IMG/VR virus record: IMGVR_UViG_3300033066_001910
Location: 809 to 64,808 of that record
DNA from: a virus
Taxonomy: Duplodnaviria > Caudoviricetes
Direction: 5' to 3' (one strand)
Length of the DNA: 64,000 nucleotides
Part shown: positions 54,329 to 63,408 of the stretch, one piece after another
How positions within the stretch are numbered: position 1 is the stretch's first letter
How the letters are laid out: each line of letters begins with the position of its first letter
Notes under the pieces: generated by a model
What the model was told of the DNA's origin: nothing
The model's database searches: none
Seen by the model: only the letters and a program-made list of their open reading frames with translations
Translations under genes and position numbers: made by a program

Positions 54329-54350
54329 GCCCCCGTGGCGGCATAAGACG

Positions 54351-54393
54351 CACGAAACCCCCGAAAGGCGGCCGGGCCTGACGGGGGTTCGTG
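54351..54393 (-). terminator. stem-loop after the basic peptide gene
   Basis: CACGAA(A)CCCCCG / CGGGGGTTCGTG inverted repeat; U-tract weak. Confidence 0.45.
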
Positions 54394-54399
54394 GGTGAC

Positions 54400-54561
54400 T
54401 CAGCGACGGTTTTGGTTGCGACGGCCTTTCATGCCGTACTTGCGACCGCGGCCGCCATGCCGGGTCCGTTTCTTGCCGACGATCTTTTTGCGCCATTCGG
54501 TGCGAGAGATCGGGCGTTTGAAACGTCGAGTCCGATGACGAGTCGGAGTAAATGCGTCCAT
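54400..54561 (-). CDS. protamine-like Arg/Lys-rich peptide (53 aa)
   Basis: AAGGAGGTGA SD; manual translation, 22 of 53 residues R/K; absent from the ORF track. Confidence 0.7.
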   Translation of the reverse strand: MDAFTPTRHRTRRFKRPISRTEWRKKIVGKKRTRHGGRGRKYGMKGRRNQNRR

Positions 54562-54637
54562 TGTGCATCACCTCCTTTACTTCGTCATCGGAGCACCTCC
54601 TTTGTGTGTCATAACGACCTCCAGTGGGCCTACTGTA

Positions 54638-54907
54638 TCACGGTTTGTCTGGAATGCAAGCGGTTGGACGCCAGGGTGTCGCCGACTGCCACAACGTGGC
54701 CAAGGTGGTCACCTGACCTTGCAGACAGGCGTCCAGCAGCCGACAGAAGAGCACCTCGTGCCAGCAGTACAGGTGGCCCATGGCGATTTTGAAGGACGGG
54801 GCACCAGGCTCAAGGTCGGCGACGATCGCGTAGGGGTACGCACAGGACAGCACGGCGACGCAACGAGGCTTGCCAGTGTCGATACGGGCGAGGGCGGCGG
54901 TGATCAA
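54638..54907 (-). CDS. hypothetical protein (89 aa)
   Basis: Coupled to the portal stop. Confidence 0.5.
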   Translation of the reverse strand: MITAALARIDTGKPRCVAVLSCAYPYAIVADLEPGAPSFKIAMGHLYCWHEVLFCRLLDACLQGQVTTLATLWQSATPWRPTACIPDKP

Positions 54908-56610
54908 TCGGGCTTCCCTTCCTTCTTGGCCATCGCCTGGAAGATCGGATTCTGCCCGGCGTCTTCCTGGGCGCGTTTGAGCATGTCGTCAGGGTCTTGG
55001 AAGTCGGCGGCTTGCAGGACGTCACGGCGGCTGGCGGCGCCCAGCTTCACCAGCTCGGCCATCATGCGGGCACGGGCCAGACGGCTGCCGGGGGCGCTGC
55101 TGCCCGGGATGACGCTGAAGCGCATGAAGCGGAGGGCGTCCTTTTGGGCGGCCTGCGACATCGGGTTACCTTTGTCGTCGACGAACATTTCGGCACGGGC
55201 CATGGCGTAGGCGACGGCTTCGGCCGTCGGGCCGACCATCGTGAAGACGCGGTCGCTGGTGACGAATTGGAAGACGCGGCTGATGAGCTTTTGGCCGACG
55301 CGGTTCATGAGGTCTTCGAGGCGGCTGGCACGGGCGCGAGTCATCAGGTTGGCGCCTTCTTGCAGGCCCTCGATGGCCAAGCCAGACTGGAGGCTGCCGG
55401 GCGCGTCGCCCAGCGTCACGTCGGTCACGCCAGTAAGTAATTGCGCATAAGTAAAGATGCTGCGGGCGATTTGGATCTTGTCTTGGCCAAATGGGGCCGG
55501 CGGCGTCACTGCCAGCGTGCTATTGCGGTTCTTCTTCTGCAGCAACAGGCTCGACTTGATGTTCTGCAGCTTTTTCCACATCTCGGGCGGCAGCGCGTCG
55601 GCATCGCCGATCACACTGATGATGTTCGTCAGCAGTTGGTTTTCGACGAGGCCGTCGATCAGCTGGTTGAAGGCGAGCTGCATCTTGCGCAGGCGGGCCG
55701 GCTCGCTGTGGCCCCAAATGTGCTCCGGGTCGACCATCCAGTCGAACCAGTCGACGGGGATGCGGCCGTCCCAAAAGGGATTCGGGCCGTCCCAGAGGAT
55801 GACGTCCTCGCTGCAGATGATGCGGCGGTATGAGGGGAAGAGCCGGGTGCCGTCGGCGGCCGTTTGGCGATCCTGGATGAACCATTCGTAGACGCGGGCG
55901 CGCTCGATGGTGTCTTTGCTGACGGTCGTACTACGAAAGCCGTCGAGCATGCTGGCGCGCTTCTTCGGCTCCTTGCCGATGTCGCTGACGTTGACGTCGG
56001 ACTTGACGAGGGCGCCACGCCCGGGGAACTTCATGCGGATCTCAGACAACGGCATGACGCGTTCGATGCGGACGTATTCAGCGCTGTCGATCTGGCCGGA
56101 TTCGACGACGTTCGGATCAATGAGCACTTGGGCAATGCGGAGCAGTTCGACGCACGGGGTGTCGGTGTCGACGTCGTAGCCGGTGTATAGGCCGGCAGAG
56201 CGGTTGACGGCCGCGTTGTTGGCGAGCTTGAACAGGCCACGTTGCACCTTCGACTCGTCCCAGATGCACTGGATGACCTTCTCCACGCTGCGGGCCACCT
56301 TGCTGATGCCGGCTTTGCGGTTTTCGAGGCGGATGATGGGGCGATTGTCGGTCAGTTGGGCGACCATGCGGTCGATGAAGGCACCGACGAAGTTGCAGTC
56401 GAAGTAGCGATCGTCGGCATTGCCCTTCAGCTTGCCGCGGTAGAGGTCGAGATCGCGTGTGAGGTCGACGTCCTTGACCCAGTGGTCTTTGACGCGCGTG
56501 GCCTCGTCGGCGATCGAGTCGAGCCGCTCGAGCAGTTTGCACTCGGTGGTGTCGTCCTTGTCAGGCGGCGGCGTGGCCGATTTGACGGGGGTGCTGCCAG
56601 GCAGGTCCAT
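54904..56610 (-). CDS. portal protein (568 aa)
   Basis: AGGAG SD; size and position after terminase; WG.SE..RL...Q..FN, G.TDVTLG..PG..QSG.AI..LQE, PGSS.P pattern. Confidence 0.85.
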   Translation of the reverse strand: MDLPGSTPVKSATPPPDKDDTTECKLLERLDSIADEATRVKDHWVKDVDLTRDLDLYRGKLKGNADDRYFDCNFVGAFIDRMVAQLTDNRPIIRLENRKAGISKVARSVEKVIQCIWDESKVQRGLFKLANNAAVNRSAGLYTGYDVDTDTPCVELLRIAQVLIDPNVVESGQIDSAEYVRIERVMPLSEIRMKFPGRGALVKSDVNVSDIGKEPKKRASMLDGFRSTTVSKDTIERARVYEWFIQDRQTAADGTRLFPSYRRIICSEDVILWDGPNPFWDGRIPVDWFDWMVDPEHIWGHSEPARLRKMQLAFNQLIDGLVENQLLTNIISVIGDADALPPEMWKKLQNIKSSLLLQKKNRNSTLAVTPPAPFGQDKIQIARSIFTYAQLLTGVTDVTLGDAPGSLQSGLAIEGLQEGANLMTRARASRLEDLMNRVGQKLISRVFQFVTSDRVFTMVGPTAEAVAYAMARAEMFVDDKGNPMSQAAQKDALRFMRFSVIPGSSAPGSRLARARMMAELVKLGAASRRDVLQAADFQDPDDMLKRAQEDAGQNPIFQAMAKKEGKPD

Positions 56611-56619
56611 GCGAACTCC

Positions 56620-57177
56620 TTAGATGCGAGCGGTGGCGTGCTTGGGTGTTGGCGCGTATTGCGTGTCGATTGATTGCACATGGCGACGGTTGACGATGGG
56701 GGCGAGGGCGGCTTGGCGGCTGCAGGATTCGCCGCCGGGCACACTGGGCACCGGGCAATAGATCTGGCCAGGGCGCGTCATCGGGAAGTCGTGTCCGCAC
56801 CATTGGCAGCTGCCGACGCCGTGTTGGGCGCTGGTGGATGCGGCGATGCGTTCGCCGGCGCATTGTGGCAGCAGGAGGCTCGTTTGGCCGTTCTCGTACG
56901 CGAGGGTGATCGCAGACAGCAGGTAGGCGGCCGGCTTTTGCCGATTATCGTTGGCACACTGGCGGATCAGGTCGGCATGCCCCGGGGCGAGCACCCGCAA
57001 GAACGCATCGGCAGCTTGGTCGAGCGTCAGGGCCGTTTGTGTCGGCTCGTTGGCCAGCGCAGGCGCAAACGTCACCTTCTCCACCAGCAGCTCAGACAGC
57101 TTTTTGCCGCCTGCTTCGGCCTCGGCACGCAGGGTCGCAGCAGCTTCATCGTCGAGTTCAAATCGCAAACTTGCCAT
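56620..57177 (-). CDS. ribbon-helix-helix-like protein with a C-terminal Zn motif (185 aa)
   Basis: GGAGAG SD; CQWC..YC..CSR. Confidence 0.6.
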   Translation of the reverse strand: MASLRFELDDEAAATLRAEAEAGGKKLSELLVEKVTFAPALANEPTQTALTLDQAADAFLRVLAPGHADLIRQCANDNRQKPAAYLLSAITLAYENGQTSLLLPQCAGERIAASTSAQHGVGSCQWCGHDFPMTRPGQIYCPVPSVPGGESCSRQAALAPIVNRRHVQSIDTQYAPTPKHATARI

Positions 57178-57201
57178 GGTGACTCCTCCCAGAGTGTGGT
57201 G

Positions 57202-59712
57202 CTACCAGGCGCGTAGCCAGCCTGGCGATTGGCCGACGCCGTGCAGATCGGCATCGATGTCGTGTTGAGCCCAGGGGCGGCCGTCGGGTCGAACGATGGT
57301 CGGCTCGACGGGAATGTCCAGAAGGCCGACGGTCGCGTCGACCGCCGACAGGGCCGCCAGCAACCAGGCGCACACGGCGTCGTCTTTGGTGCCCGGAGCC
57401 GCCATATACTCGTCCAGTACTTGGATGAAGGTGCGCATTTCGTTCAGCAGCGTCAGGCTACGCACGGTGGACTTTTTCTGCCGGATCAGCGTGACGCCAT
57501 TGTTGATCAGGGCCATCTTGTCGCGCTTCGTGAACACAAAGCCGACCCGCTTGCTGACCTTCTCCGTGAGGTCGTCGCGGCGGCGCCACTGCCAGAGGTT
57601 GCTGTAACTGCGGCGCTGTAACTCGCTCAACAGGGCGTGCCCCCAGCCGCCCGTGATATCAGGGATAATACTTGCGGTATTGTACGCGAGTCCGGTCCAG
57701 TATACAAAGTCGTGGAATTCACGGTCGGCCGGATCCCACTTGAAGCGGGCTTCGGCGACCTGTTCGAAGGTGTCGCCGCGCAGGACGGTCAGGACGGTCC
57801 AATCGGCGGCGGTATCGCGGCCTTGGGCGACGTCGACGCCCAGGTGATAAAAGACGCCCTCTTTGGGCACCTGCCAGACCTCGAGCATGCCGCCAAATTG
57901 CTCAACCAGTCCTTGCGCCGTCGGCATGAAGCGCACGCCCGGGGCGATGGTGTCTTCGATCCACGCCAGCTCGAGGTCGCCGAAGACGCGGTGCGTGCCC
58001 ATGGGTAACCGCCAGCTGGATTCCCAGTCGAGCGGGTACTCTTGTTCGAACAGCACGGGGTTGACGTAGGTCGCGCGTTTTTGGCGCCGCCAGGCAATCT
58101 GGCCCAGCGTCAGCTTGTAGCGCCGCATGAGGTCGCGCTCGTCCATCGTCAGCGTGTGGGCAAAGCCATCGGGCACCGGCAGGGTGTAATCCTCGTGCTC
58201 AAACCACGGGACAAAGTGGAATTCGAACCCATTTTCGCCACGCTGAGCCTGCTCGGCAAATTCCTTGAACCAGGCGCCGTTGAAGTGGCTGGTCGACTCC
58301 AGAATGATGGCGCTGTAGTCTTGTTGGCCGCGGGCGTCCGAAAACGCCGGAAACAGGGAAGCCTGCACTTCATCGGGGTTCGGATAGCGCGCGACCTCCG
58401 TGAGGTGGGCGATGTGGGACATCTGGCTCGCGCCGACGTTCATGTTCCGGGCGTGGCCGACGACAATCTTGCTGTTCAGGGCCGGAAACTCCAGCTTGAA
58501 CTTGCTGTCGAAGGACGTCTTGGGCTTGAGGGCCTTCGGCAGCTGCTCGTACATCAGCTTGTCGATCGTGAACAGTTCGTAGCTGCTGGGTTCGTCGTGG
58601 GCGATCAGGATGGCGTTGCGGTTCGGCCGGAAGGCGCAATTCCAGAAGCTGAAGGCCCGGCTGAGGGTCGAATTGTGCGAAACGAAGCCGTTCGCGATGA
58701 AGGTGCCGGTCGACGTCTGGATGTCGATCATGCGCCGATTACCGAGCGGAATGATTTCATCCACAATCGCCCACGACTGCGCGTCGTCATAGCCGCAGCC
58801 GGACAAGGCTTTGCCGTCCCACCAGTCGGCTACGCCGGACCAGCGGGCAGGTCGCGTTTGCGCGAGCAAGCGCATGACTTCGTTCAGGTGAAAGACGTGC
58901 GCACGATTGAGCTTCTTTGTGCCTAACTTGCTGCGGGGTCCAGGCTGCCGGTCGTCGACATGCACGTGCGCGGTGTAGTCACGAGACTGTAGGTATCGCA
59001 GAATGCGGTTCCAGACGTAGCCATCGGTCTGTGTGACGTTCAGCTCCACACCGCTCCGTTTGTAGCGGAAACAGCCTTCGCCATCGAGAATGCCGCCCAT
59101 CCAACCGTCTTCGAAGTCGTGTGTGTCTTCCCAGGGCTGAATGGCGTACCGGATACGTGTTTTGCCCGGTGCAAAGTCACGGACGGCCTGCCAACGCGAG
59201 CCGGAGTGCCGGCACAAGAAGCCCTTGCGTGTCAAGAAACGATGTTCGCCGGTGGCGATGAGTGTGCGGCCGTTTCGAAGACGCAGCAGGAACGACGGTT
59301 CGTACACGTCGTTGACGGCTTCGACGATGGCTGTGCGGAATTTGCGTCCATGGCCACGCGCAATGACCGGCGGCACTTCGTCGACCGCGATGAGGCGATC
59401 TCCGACCACAATCTTGCCAAGCGGCACCCAACGCAAGTCAGCAGTCAAGACGGGGGTGTCGGGGTCTAAACAACTTCCGACCTGCCGGCTTTTGCCCCAG
59501 ATCTGCCGGATCTGCCCCGTGCGTTTGAGCTGATCCTGCATGGCGGCCCACAGGCGGGCTTGCACGCGGTTGAACCGCAACGGCGACAGTCCGATCGTCT
59601 GCTTCGTCTTGATGTTCAGGTACTGATTGGCACAGTGGGGAAAGTCGATGCGGCAGCGATGCAGTTCGGCGGCCCAGGCAAGTTGCTGTGGGGTATAGTC
59701 AGTCTGGCTCAC
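57202..59712 (-). CDS. terL: terminase large subunit containing an intein (836 aa precursor)
   Basis: Walker A GKSRQVGS|ST; HLTEVA; ILEST; nuclease LGVDVAQG and KDDAV; upstream of portal. Confidence 0.92.
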   Translation of the reverse strand: MSQTDYTPQQLAWAAELHRCRIDFPHCANQYLNIKTKQTIGLSPLRFNRVQARLWAAMQDQLKRTGQIRQIWGKSRQVGSCLDPDTPVLTADLRWVPLGKIVVGDRLIAVDEVPPVIARGHGRKFRTAIVEAVNDVYEPSFLLRLRNGRTLIATGEHRFLTRKGFLCRHSGSRWQAVRDFAPGKTRIRYAIQPWEDTHDFEDGWMGGILDGEGCFRYKRSGVELNVTQTDGYVWNRILRYLQSRDYTAHVHVDDRQPGPRSKLGTKKLNRAHVFHLNEVMRLLAQTRPARWSGVADWWDGKALSGCGYDDAQSWAIVDEIIPLGNRRMIDIQTSTGTFIANGFVSHNSTLSRAFSFWNCAFRPNRNAILIAHDEPSSYELFTIDKLMYEQLPKALKPKTSFDSKFKLEFPALNSKIVVGHARNMNVGASQMSHIAHLTEVARYPNPDEVQASLFPAFSDARGQQDYSAIILESTSHFNGAWFKEFAEQAQRGENGFEFHFVPWFEHEDYTLPVPDGFAHTLTMDERDLMRRYKLTLGQIAWRRQKRATYVNPVLFEQEYPLDWESSWRLPMGTHRVFGDLELAWIEDTIAPGVRFMPTAQGLVEQFGGMLEVWQVPKEGVFYHLGVDVAQGRDTAADWTVLTVLRGDTFEQVAEARFKWDPADREFHDFVYWTGLAYNTASIIPDITGGWGHALLSELQRRSYSNLWQWRRRDDLTEKVSKRVGFVFTKRDKMALINNGVTLIRQKKSTVRSLTLLNEMRTFIQVLDEYMAAPGTKDDAVCAWLLAALSAVDATVGLLDIPVEPTIVRPDGRPWAQHDIDADLHGVGQSPGWLRAW
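58672..59472 (-). mobile_element. intein (267 aa) with one clear LAGLIDADG motif
   Basis: Starts CLDPDTPV, block B ATGEHRF, GILDGEG, ends FIANGFVSHN followed by Ser. Confidence 0.92.
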
Positions 59713-59975
59713 TCTCTCCGGGCGACGAGATGGTCGACGGTGCGGTCTTCACCGTGCCACGGGGCCAGTTCGGGCATTTTGTTGCCGTCTGGCTCATCAG
59801 CAGAAGTACTGACGGGCGCGTCCTCGTCTGCCTGCTGTATAGCACAGTCCAGCTGGCGCGACAACCGGTCGAGGCCGCCGATGATCGCGACGACGGCCCA
59901 GGCAGCGCCAAGGGACGCGAGGGTCAGTACGGCGGCAAGCCACCGCAGCAGCAGGACGATTTCATCCAGCGGCAT
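59709..59975 (-). CDS. single-TM protein next to the endolysin (88 aa)
   Basis: Hydrophobic N-terminal helix, then an acidic region. Confidence 0.55.
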   Translation of the reverse strand: MPLDEIVLLLRWLAAVLTLASLGAAWAVVAIIGGLDRLSRQLDCAIQQADEDAPVSTSADEPDGNKMPELAPWHGEDRTVDHLVARRE

Positions 59976-60487
59976 CAGACGGCCTCCCCGGTGACGGCGG
60001 TGGCGGCGGTCGCCAGGTCGAAGACGAGCTGCAGACCGCGCCAGCTGTCGGGGCTGTTGTACGACAGGTAGATCCAGCCGTCCTTCTCGCCAGTGACGAG
60101 CGGCAACAGGCCACGGGTGCGCAGCAGGGCGCGATCGTGGTCGCGGGCATGCACGGCCATCCAGCGGGCCGGCGTGTGGTCGTACGCCCGGGTGTCGATA
60201 TGGAACGAATTGCCGCTGTAGACGCCGAACGAGACGCCGGGTAGCCGGGTCAGCGCCAGGTACACCTGGTCCAACGCCACACCAGGAACGCAGGCGTCAA
60301 TGGCGTCCGGCCGATGACCATGCGACTCACGGATGATCCGCACCGGGCTGTCCAGCAAGTCCCGCAGAACGACAAGCCACTGCGCGGTGCGATAAACAGC
60401 ACTGTCCCACTGCACCGGCTGGCCGTCGAGGCGGCGTTCGCCCTCACGAAAGTACGGACCCAATTTTGACAATTCGACTTTGGTCAT
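59975..60487 (-). CDS. peptidase M15-like endolysin, divergent (170 aa)
   Basis: L..LRD....PVRI, H..AID, GVY...SFHIDTR; His-Asp spacing differs from the canonical H-x6-D. Confidence 0.6.
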   Translation of the reverse strand: MTKVELSKLGPYFREGERRLDGQPVQWDSAVYRTAQWLVVLRDLLDSPVRIIRESHGHRPDAIDACVPGVALDQVYLALTRLPGVSFGVYSGNSFHIDTRAYDHTPARWMAVHARDHDRALLRTRGLLPLVTGEKDGWIYLSYNSPDSWRGLQLVFDLATAATAVTGEAV

Positions 60488-60668
60488 CGAACAGGCCTCC
60501 TTGGTAACGACGTTCTACTTGGTAGAAGATGTGCCAACATTCGCTGCGGGCGGTGCCATTTTTGTCGCTGACGTTGAGCCAGTGGATAAAGTCGTACTGT
60601 GGGTTGTCGTCGCGCAGCAGCAGGCCGAAGGCGACGACTTCGACTTTTTCGCGCTCTGCTGGCGTCAT
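60444..60668 (-). CDS. hypothetical protein (74 aa)
   Basis: ATGA coupling. Confidence 0.5.
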   Translation of the reverse strand: MTPAEREKVEVVAFGLLLRDDNPQYDFIHWLNVSDKNGTARSECWHIFYQVERRYQGGLFDDQSRIVKIGSVLS

Positions 60669-60883
60669 ACCCGCGCCTTTGGTAGCTGCGTTACGACCTC
60701 TTTGTACCGATCCCACCACGGCTCCCGCGAGGCCATCGAAAACAGGTGCTTCTCGTCACGCAAAAACAGCAAGTACGACCAGGCGCTTTCACCGAGATCG
60801 CATTCACCCTGCAGGTAGCAGGCGAGCGCCCGGGCGTCTGCTTCGTCGCACTCCTCCTGCGTCATCGTGGTCACCATCGACAC
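60665..60883 (-). CDS. hypothetical protein (72 aa)
   Basis: GGAGG-TACGTA-GTG start. Confidence 0.6.
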   Translation of the reverse strand: MSMVTTMTQEECDEADARALACYLQGECDLGESAWSYLLFLRDEKHLFSMASREPWWDRYKEVVTQLPKARV

Positions 60884-60896
60884 TACGTACCTCCAC

Positions 60897-61259
60897 CTAA
60901 GTGTTGTCTGCTAGGTTCTTGCTATGCACCTCCGTGCTGGTACAGCTGGGACAATGGAAGTACCAGAACTCCCGGTCATCCTTCCAGCACCGCAGCTCGC
61001 TGCTGCAGAACTCGCACAGCCGCGTCCGGTTGGCGATAATCGCCCGGTTACGGGGCAGCCGCTTCATGCGGTCCCAGGCTTCGGGGTGGATCGTGAAAAA
61101 CAGGTCGCCCAAGTCGGTGTGGCACAGGACGGCCGGTCGTTTGTCGGGCAACACGACGCGGTCCTTGCGGTCCGCCGCCCGCCACTCCCGGCTGAACTCG
61201 TCGGCTCGGCCCTCGATCACCGGCAAGCCGTCGATGGCCCCGGTCAGGCTGTGTCCCAT
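60897..61259 (-). CDS. zinc-ribbon protein (120 aa)
   Basis: AAGGA SD; CEFC..CPSC. Confidence 0.65.
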   Translation of the reverse strand: MGHSLTGAIDGLPVIEGRADEFSREWRAADRKDRVVLPDKRPAVLCHTDLGDLFFTIHPEAWDRMKRLPRNRAIIANRTRLCEFCSSELRCWKDDREFWYFHCPSCTSTEVHSKNLADNT

Positions 61260-61262
61260 CGT

Positions 61263-61682
61263 CTATCCTTCCTGCGCGGGCGATTCCCACGCACTGTCGG
61301 TCGCTTCACCGATCGCCTGTTCGAACTTCGCCCGCACGGCCACCGGCAGATGCTCCCAGCGCGGGACGTCTTCCTGACTGCGAATGCTGACATGCACGTC
61401 CAACTTGTGCCCGACGGTGAAGGTCACGACGTCTTTGGCCAGCGAGCCGGCCGATTTTGTCGCCATGGCGGCGACGGCCAGCGCCTGCGGCGTGTCCTGC
61501 AGGCGGGCCCGCGTCGCATCCTCCCGCAGCTGGTTAATGCAATCGAACATCACGGCGACGGCATCGGTGGCATAGCGCTTGAGGACCGCTGCCGTGCTTG
61601 CGCCACCGAGGTCGGTGGTCGGTAACGCGGGCGCTCGGACGGGCGCAGGCCAAGCCGGTTGGTCCGGTTGGCTCGCCGCCAC
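61263..61682 (-). CDS. terminase small-subunit-like helical protein (start uncertain)
   Basis: Two long helices then GHKLDVHVS; upstream of terL. Confidence 0.4.
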   Translation of the reverse strand: MAASQPDQPAWPAPVRAPALPTTDLGGASTAAVLKRYATDAVAVMFDCINQLREDATRARLQDTPQALAVAAMATKSAGSLAKDVVTFTVGHKLDVHVSIRSQEDVPRWEHLPVAVRAKFEQAIGEATDSAWESPAQEG

Positions 61683-61993
61683 TGCTCCTGTAGTTGCGCC
61701 TTCAGCAAGCGGGCAACCGTCGGCAGTGACACCTCCCACCAGTGGATATTCACCATCTGGCCGCTCAGGCGCCGGTACGGCCGCTTCAGCCAGCGTTTGC
61801 GCAGCCCGGCTTGCAGCCCCTGTTGTTCGATTCTTCGAATGAGCCATCGGTATGCCTCTCGTGTATAAGGGTGGCCAAGCATGCGGGCGGCGTCGTCGAG
61901 TGTCACCCAGCCCGGCGGAACAAACTTCTGGACACTGCGGCCGGCGTGCGGGGTGGCGACCGGCGGCCGCCCTACGCCTCGAGGCCGGCCCAT
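61550..61993 (-). CDS. HTH DNA-binding protein (possible TerS N-terminal part)
   Basis: MGRPRG start; WVTLDDAARMLG..YRW pattern. Confidence 0.5.
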   Translation of the reverse strand: MGRPRGVGRPPVATPHAGRSVQKFVPPGWVTLDDAARMLGHPYTREAYRWLIRRIEQQGLQAGLRKRWLKRPYRRLSGQMVNIHWWEVSLPTVARLLKAQLQEQWRRANRTNRLGLRPSERPRYRPPTSVAQARQRSSSAMPPMPSP

Positions 61994-62271
61994 CGCACAC
62001 TCACAGGCCAAACGGCACCGCAGCCGTCGAACGGCGCGCCCACGTCGTCATCGGCACAGGTCAGACTACGATCGCTCTCGAGTGTCCCGTCTGGGCGCAC
62101 CGTGAACGCCTGCACCGGCACCTGCAGCCGCCGGCCACACTGCGGGCACATCACCCGAATCGTCTTCCAGCGGATACGCGCCCGGACCGCCTGGACGGCT
62201 GTCAGCGGCAGATCCCGCCATTGCTCCACGCTCAAGTCAGTGCCAAACCGTGTCGTCAGGGATTTCTGCAT
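61972..62271 (-). CDS. Zn-binding protein (99 aa)
   Basis: CPQC..SLTC..GCG. Confidence 0.55.
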   Translation of the reverse strand: MQKSLTTRFGTDLSVEQWRDLPLTAVQAVRARIRWKTIRVMCPQCGRRLQVPVQAFTVRPDGTLESDRSLTCADDDVGAPFDGCGAVWPVSVRWAGLEA

Positions 62272-62428
62272 GCCGGGGCGCCCTTTCAGCAAAAGTGTAG
62301 ACTTCGTCGCAGTCGTCGCAGCAGTAGGACCGCAGGGGGATGATGCCGACGAGAGCCTGCGCCAGCGCGCTGCGTTCACGCCCTGGCGGACTCACCATGC
62401 ACCGCCGATAACACGTCGGACAGATCAT
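62237..62428 (-). CDS. zinc-ribbon protein (63 aa)
   Basis: CPTC..CDDC. Confidence 0.6.
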   Translation of the reverse strand: MICPTCYRRCMVSPPGRERSALAQALVGIIPLRSYCCDDCDEVYTFAERAPRHAEIPDDTVWH

Positions 62429-62733
62429 GGTGCGTAGTTTAGCATAGTCTTGACGGGACGCAAGGTCTGGAGCAGCGAACGGCCGAAGTGGGTGAAACGG
62501 CCCTCGGCCATAATCGTCATGTACTGCTCGTGCGTCTCAGACCAGCACCAGGCGGATCGGGCGTAAAACGTCGACATATTGTCGCGTGTCAGCGTCGGTC
62601 CGGTGCTCGGCGGCTCATCCCAATACTGGTCGTGGGTATTGGCCTGCCGTTCCTCATGCATCATGACCCAGCCGTCGCCGGTGTACACGAAGGCGTGCAA
62701 ATTCCCAGGTGCCGTCATAATCGTCGTGATCAT
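62425..62733 (-). CDS. hypothetical protein (102 aa)
   Basis: ATGA coupling. Confidence 0.6.
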   Translation of the reverse strand: MITTIMTAPGNLHAFVYTGDGWVMMHEERQANTHDQYWDEPPSTGPTLTRDNMSTFYARSAWCWSETHEQYMTIMAEGRFTHFGRSLLQTLRPVKTMLNYAP

Positions 62734-62978
62734 CGCCCCGACGCGGCAGCGATCATATCGTGTCGATACCAGTGCGATTGGTCTACCTCCAAGTAGCCGA
62801 TTTCTTCCCAGTACTCATCGTCAATCCCACCGGCATACTCCTGAATCGTCAGACGATGATTCACCATCGCCCACCAGGCGAGCGGCAACTCACGTTGCCA
62901 CAACCATGCGTCGTTCTGTATCTGCGCATACAACCGACGAAGCCTGCTTTCTGGTTCGATCACGACTGCGCCTGCCAT
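62730..62978 (-). CDS. acidic W-rich protein (82 aa)
   Basis: GGAGGA upstream. Confidence 0.55.
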   Translation of the reverse strand: MAGAVVIEPESRLRRLYAQIQNDAWLWQRELPLAWWAMVNHRLTIQEYAGGIDDEYWEEIGYLEVDQSHWYRHDMIAAASGR

Positions 62979-63172
62979 GCGTGCCAATCCTCCAGCATCA
63001 TCCAGCCCAGAGGCCACGTTTCCGCATGCCATCGCTCCGGCCAATCACGGTCCGCCAAATCAGGGCTCCAGTCGTCGGGCGCCCCGTGCCGCTGCTCGCC
63101 GATACGCGACAGCCAGGCATCGAACGCCTCCATATCGATTGTTACCAGGTCAACCGCGTCGACTATGCCCAC
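62960..63172 (-). CDS. acidic W-rich protein, family C (70 aa)
   Basis: AFDAWL..DDWSPDLADRDWP. Confidence 0.55.
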   Translation of the reverse strand: MGIVDAVDLVTIDMEAFDAWLSRIGEQRHGAPDDWSPDLADRDWPERWHAETWPLGWMMLEDWHAWQAQS

Positions 63173-63408
63173 GGCGGCTCCTGGATCGAATACCATAGCT
63201 GCCGATCGGCCTCCTGCTGCGCAGCATAATACCGCGCCTGTTCGCGTTCCTGGTACTCGGCATAGGCTTGCTCGTATGCCGGGCGTTCCTCCTCGTCGAG
63301 CTGCACCGCCACCCAGGCGTCGGCCCAGGCTGCCAGGTCTGGCGACCACCCGTCATCAGGATCCACGGCTGCCCACTTCATGACCATATAGCGACGCTCT
63401 GGCGTCAT
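63163..63408 (-). CDS. acidic W-rich protein, family C (81 aa)
   Basis: ATGA coupling; DDGWSPDLAAW. Confidence 0.6.
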   Translation of the reverse strand: MTPERRYMVMKWAAVDPDDGWSPDLAAWADAWVAVQLDEEERPAYEQAYAEYQEREQARYYAAQQEADRQLWYSIQEPPWA

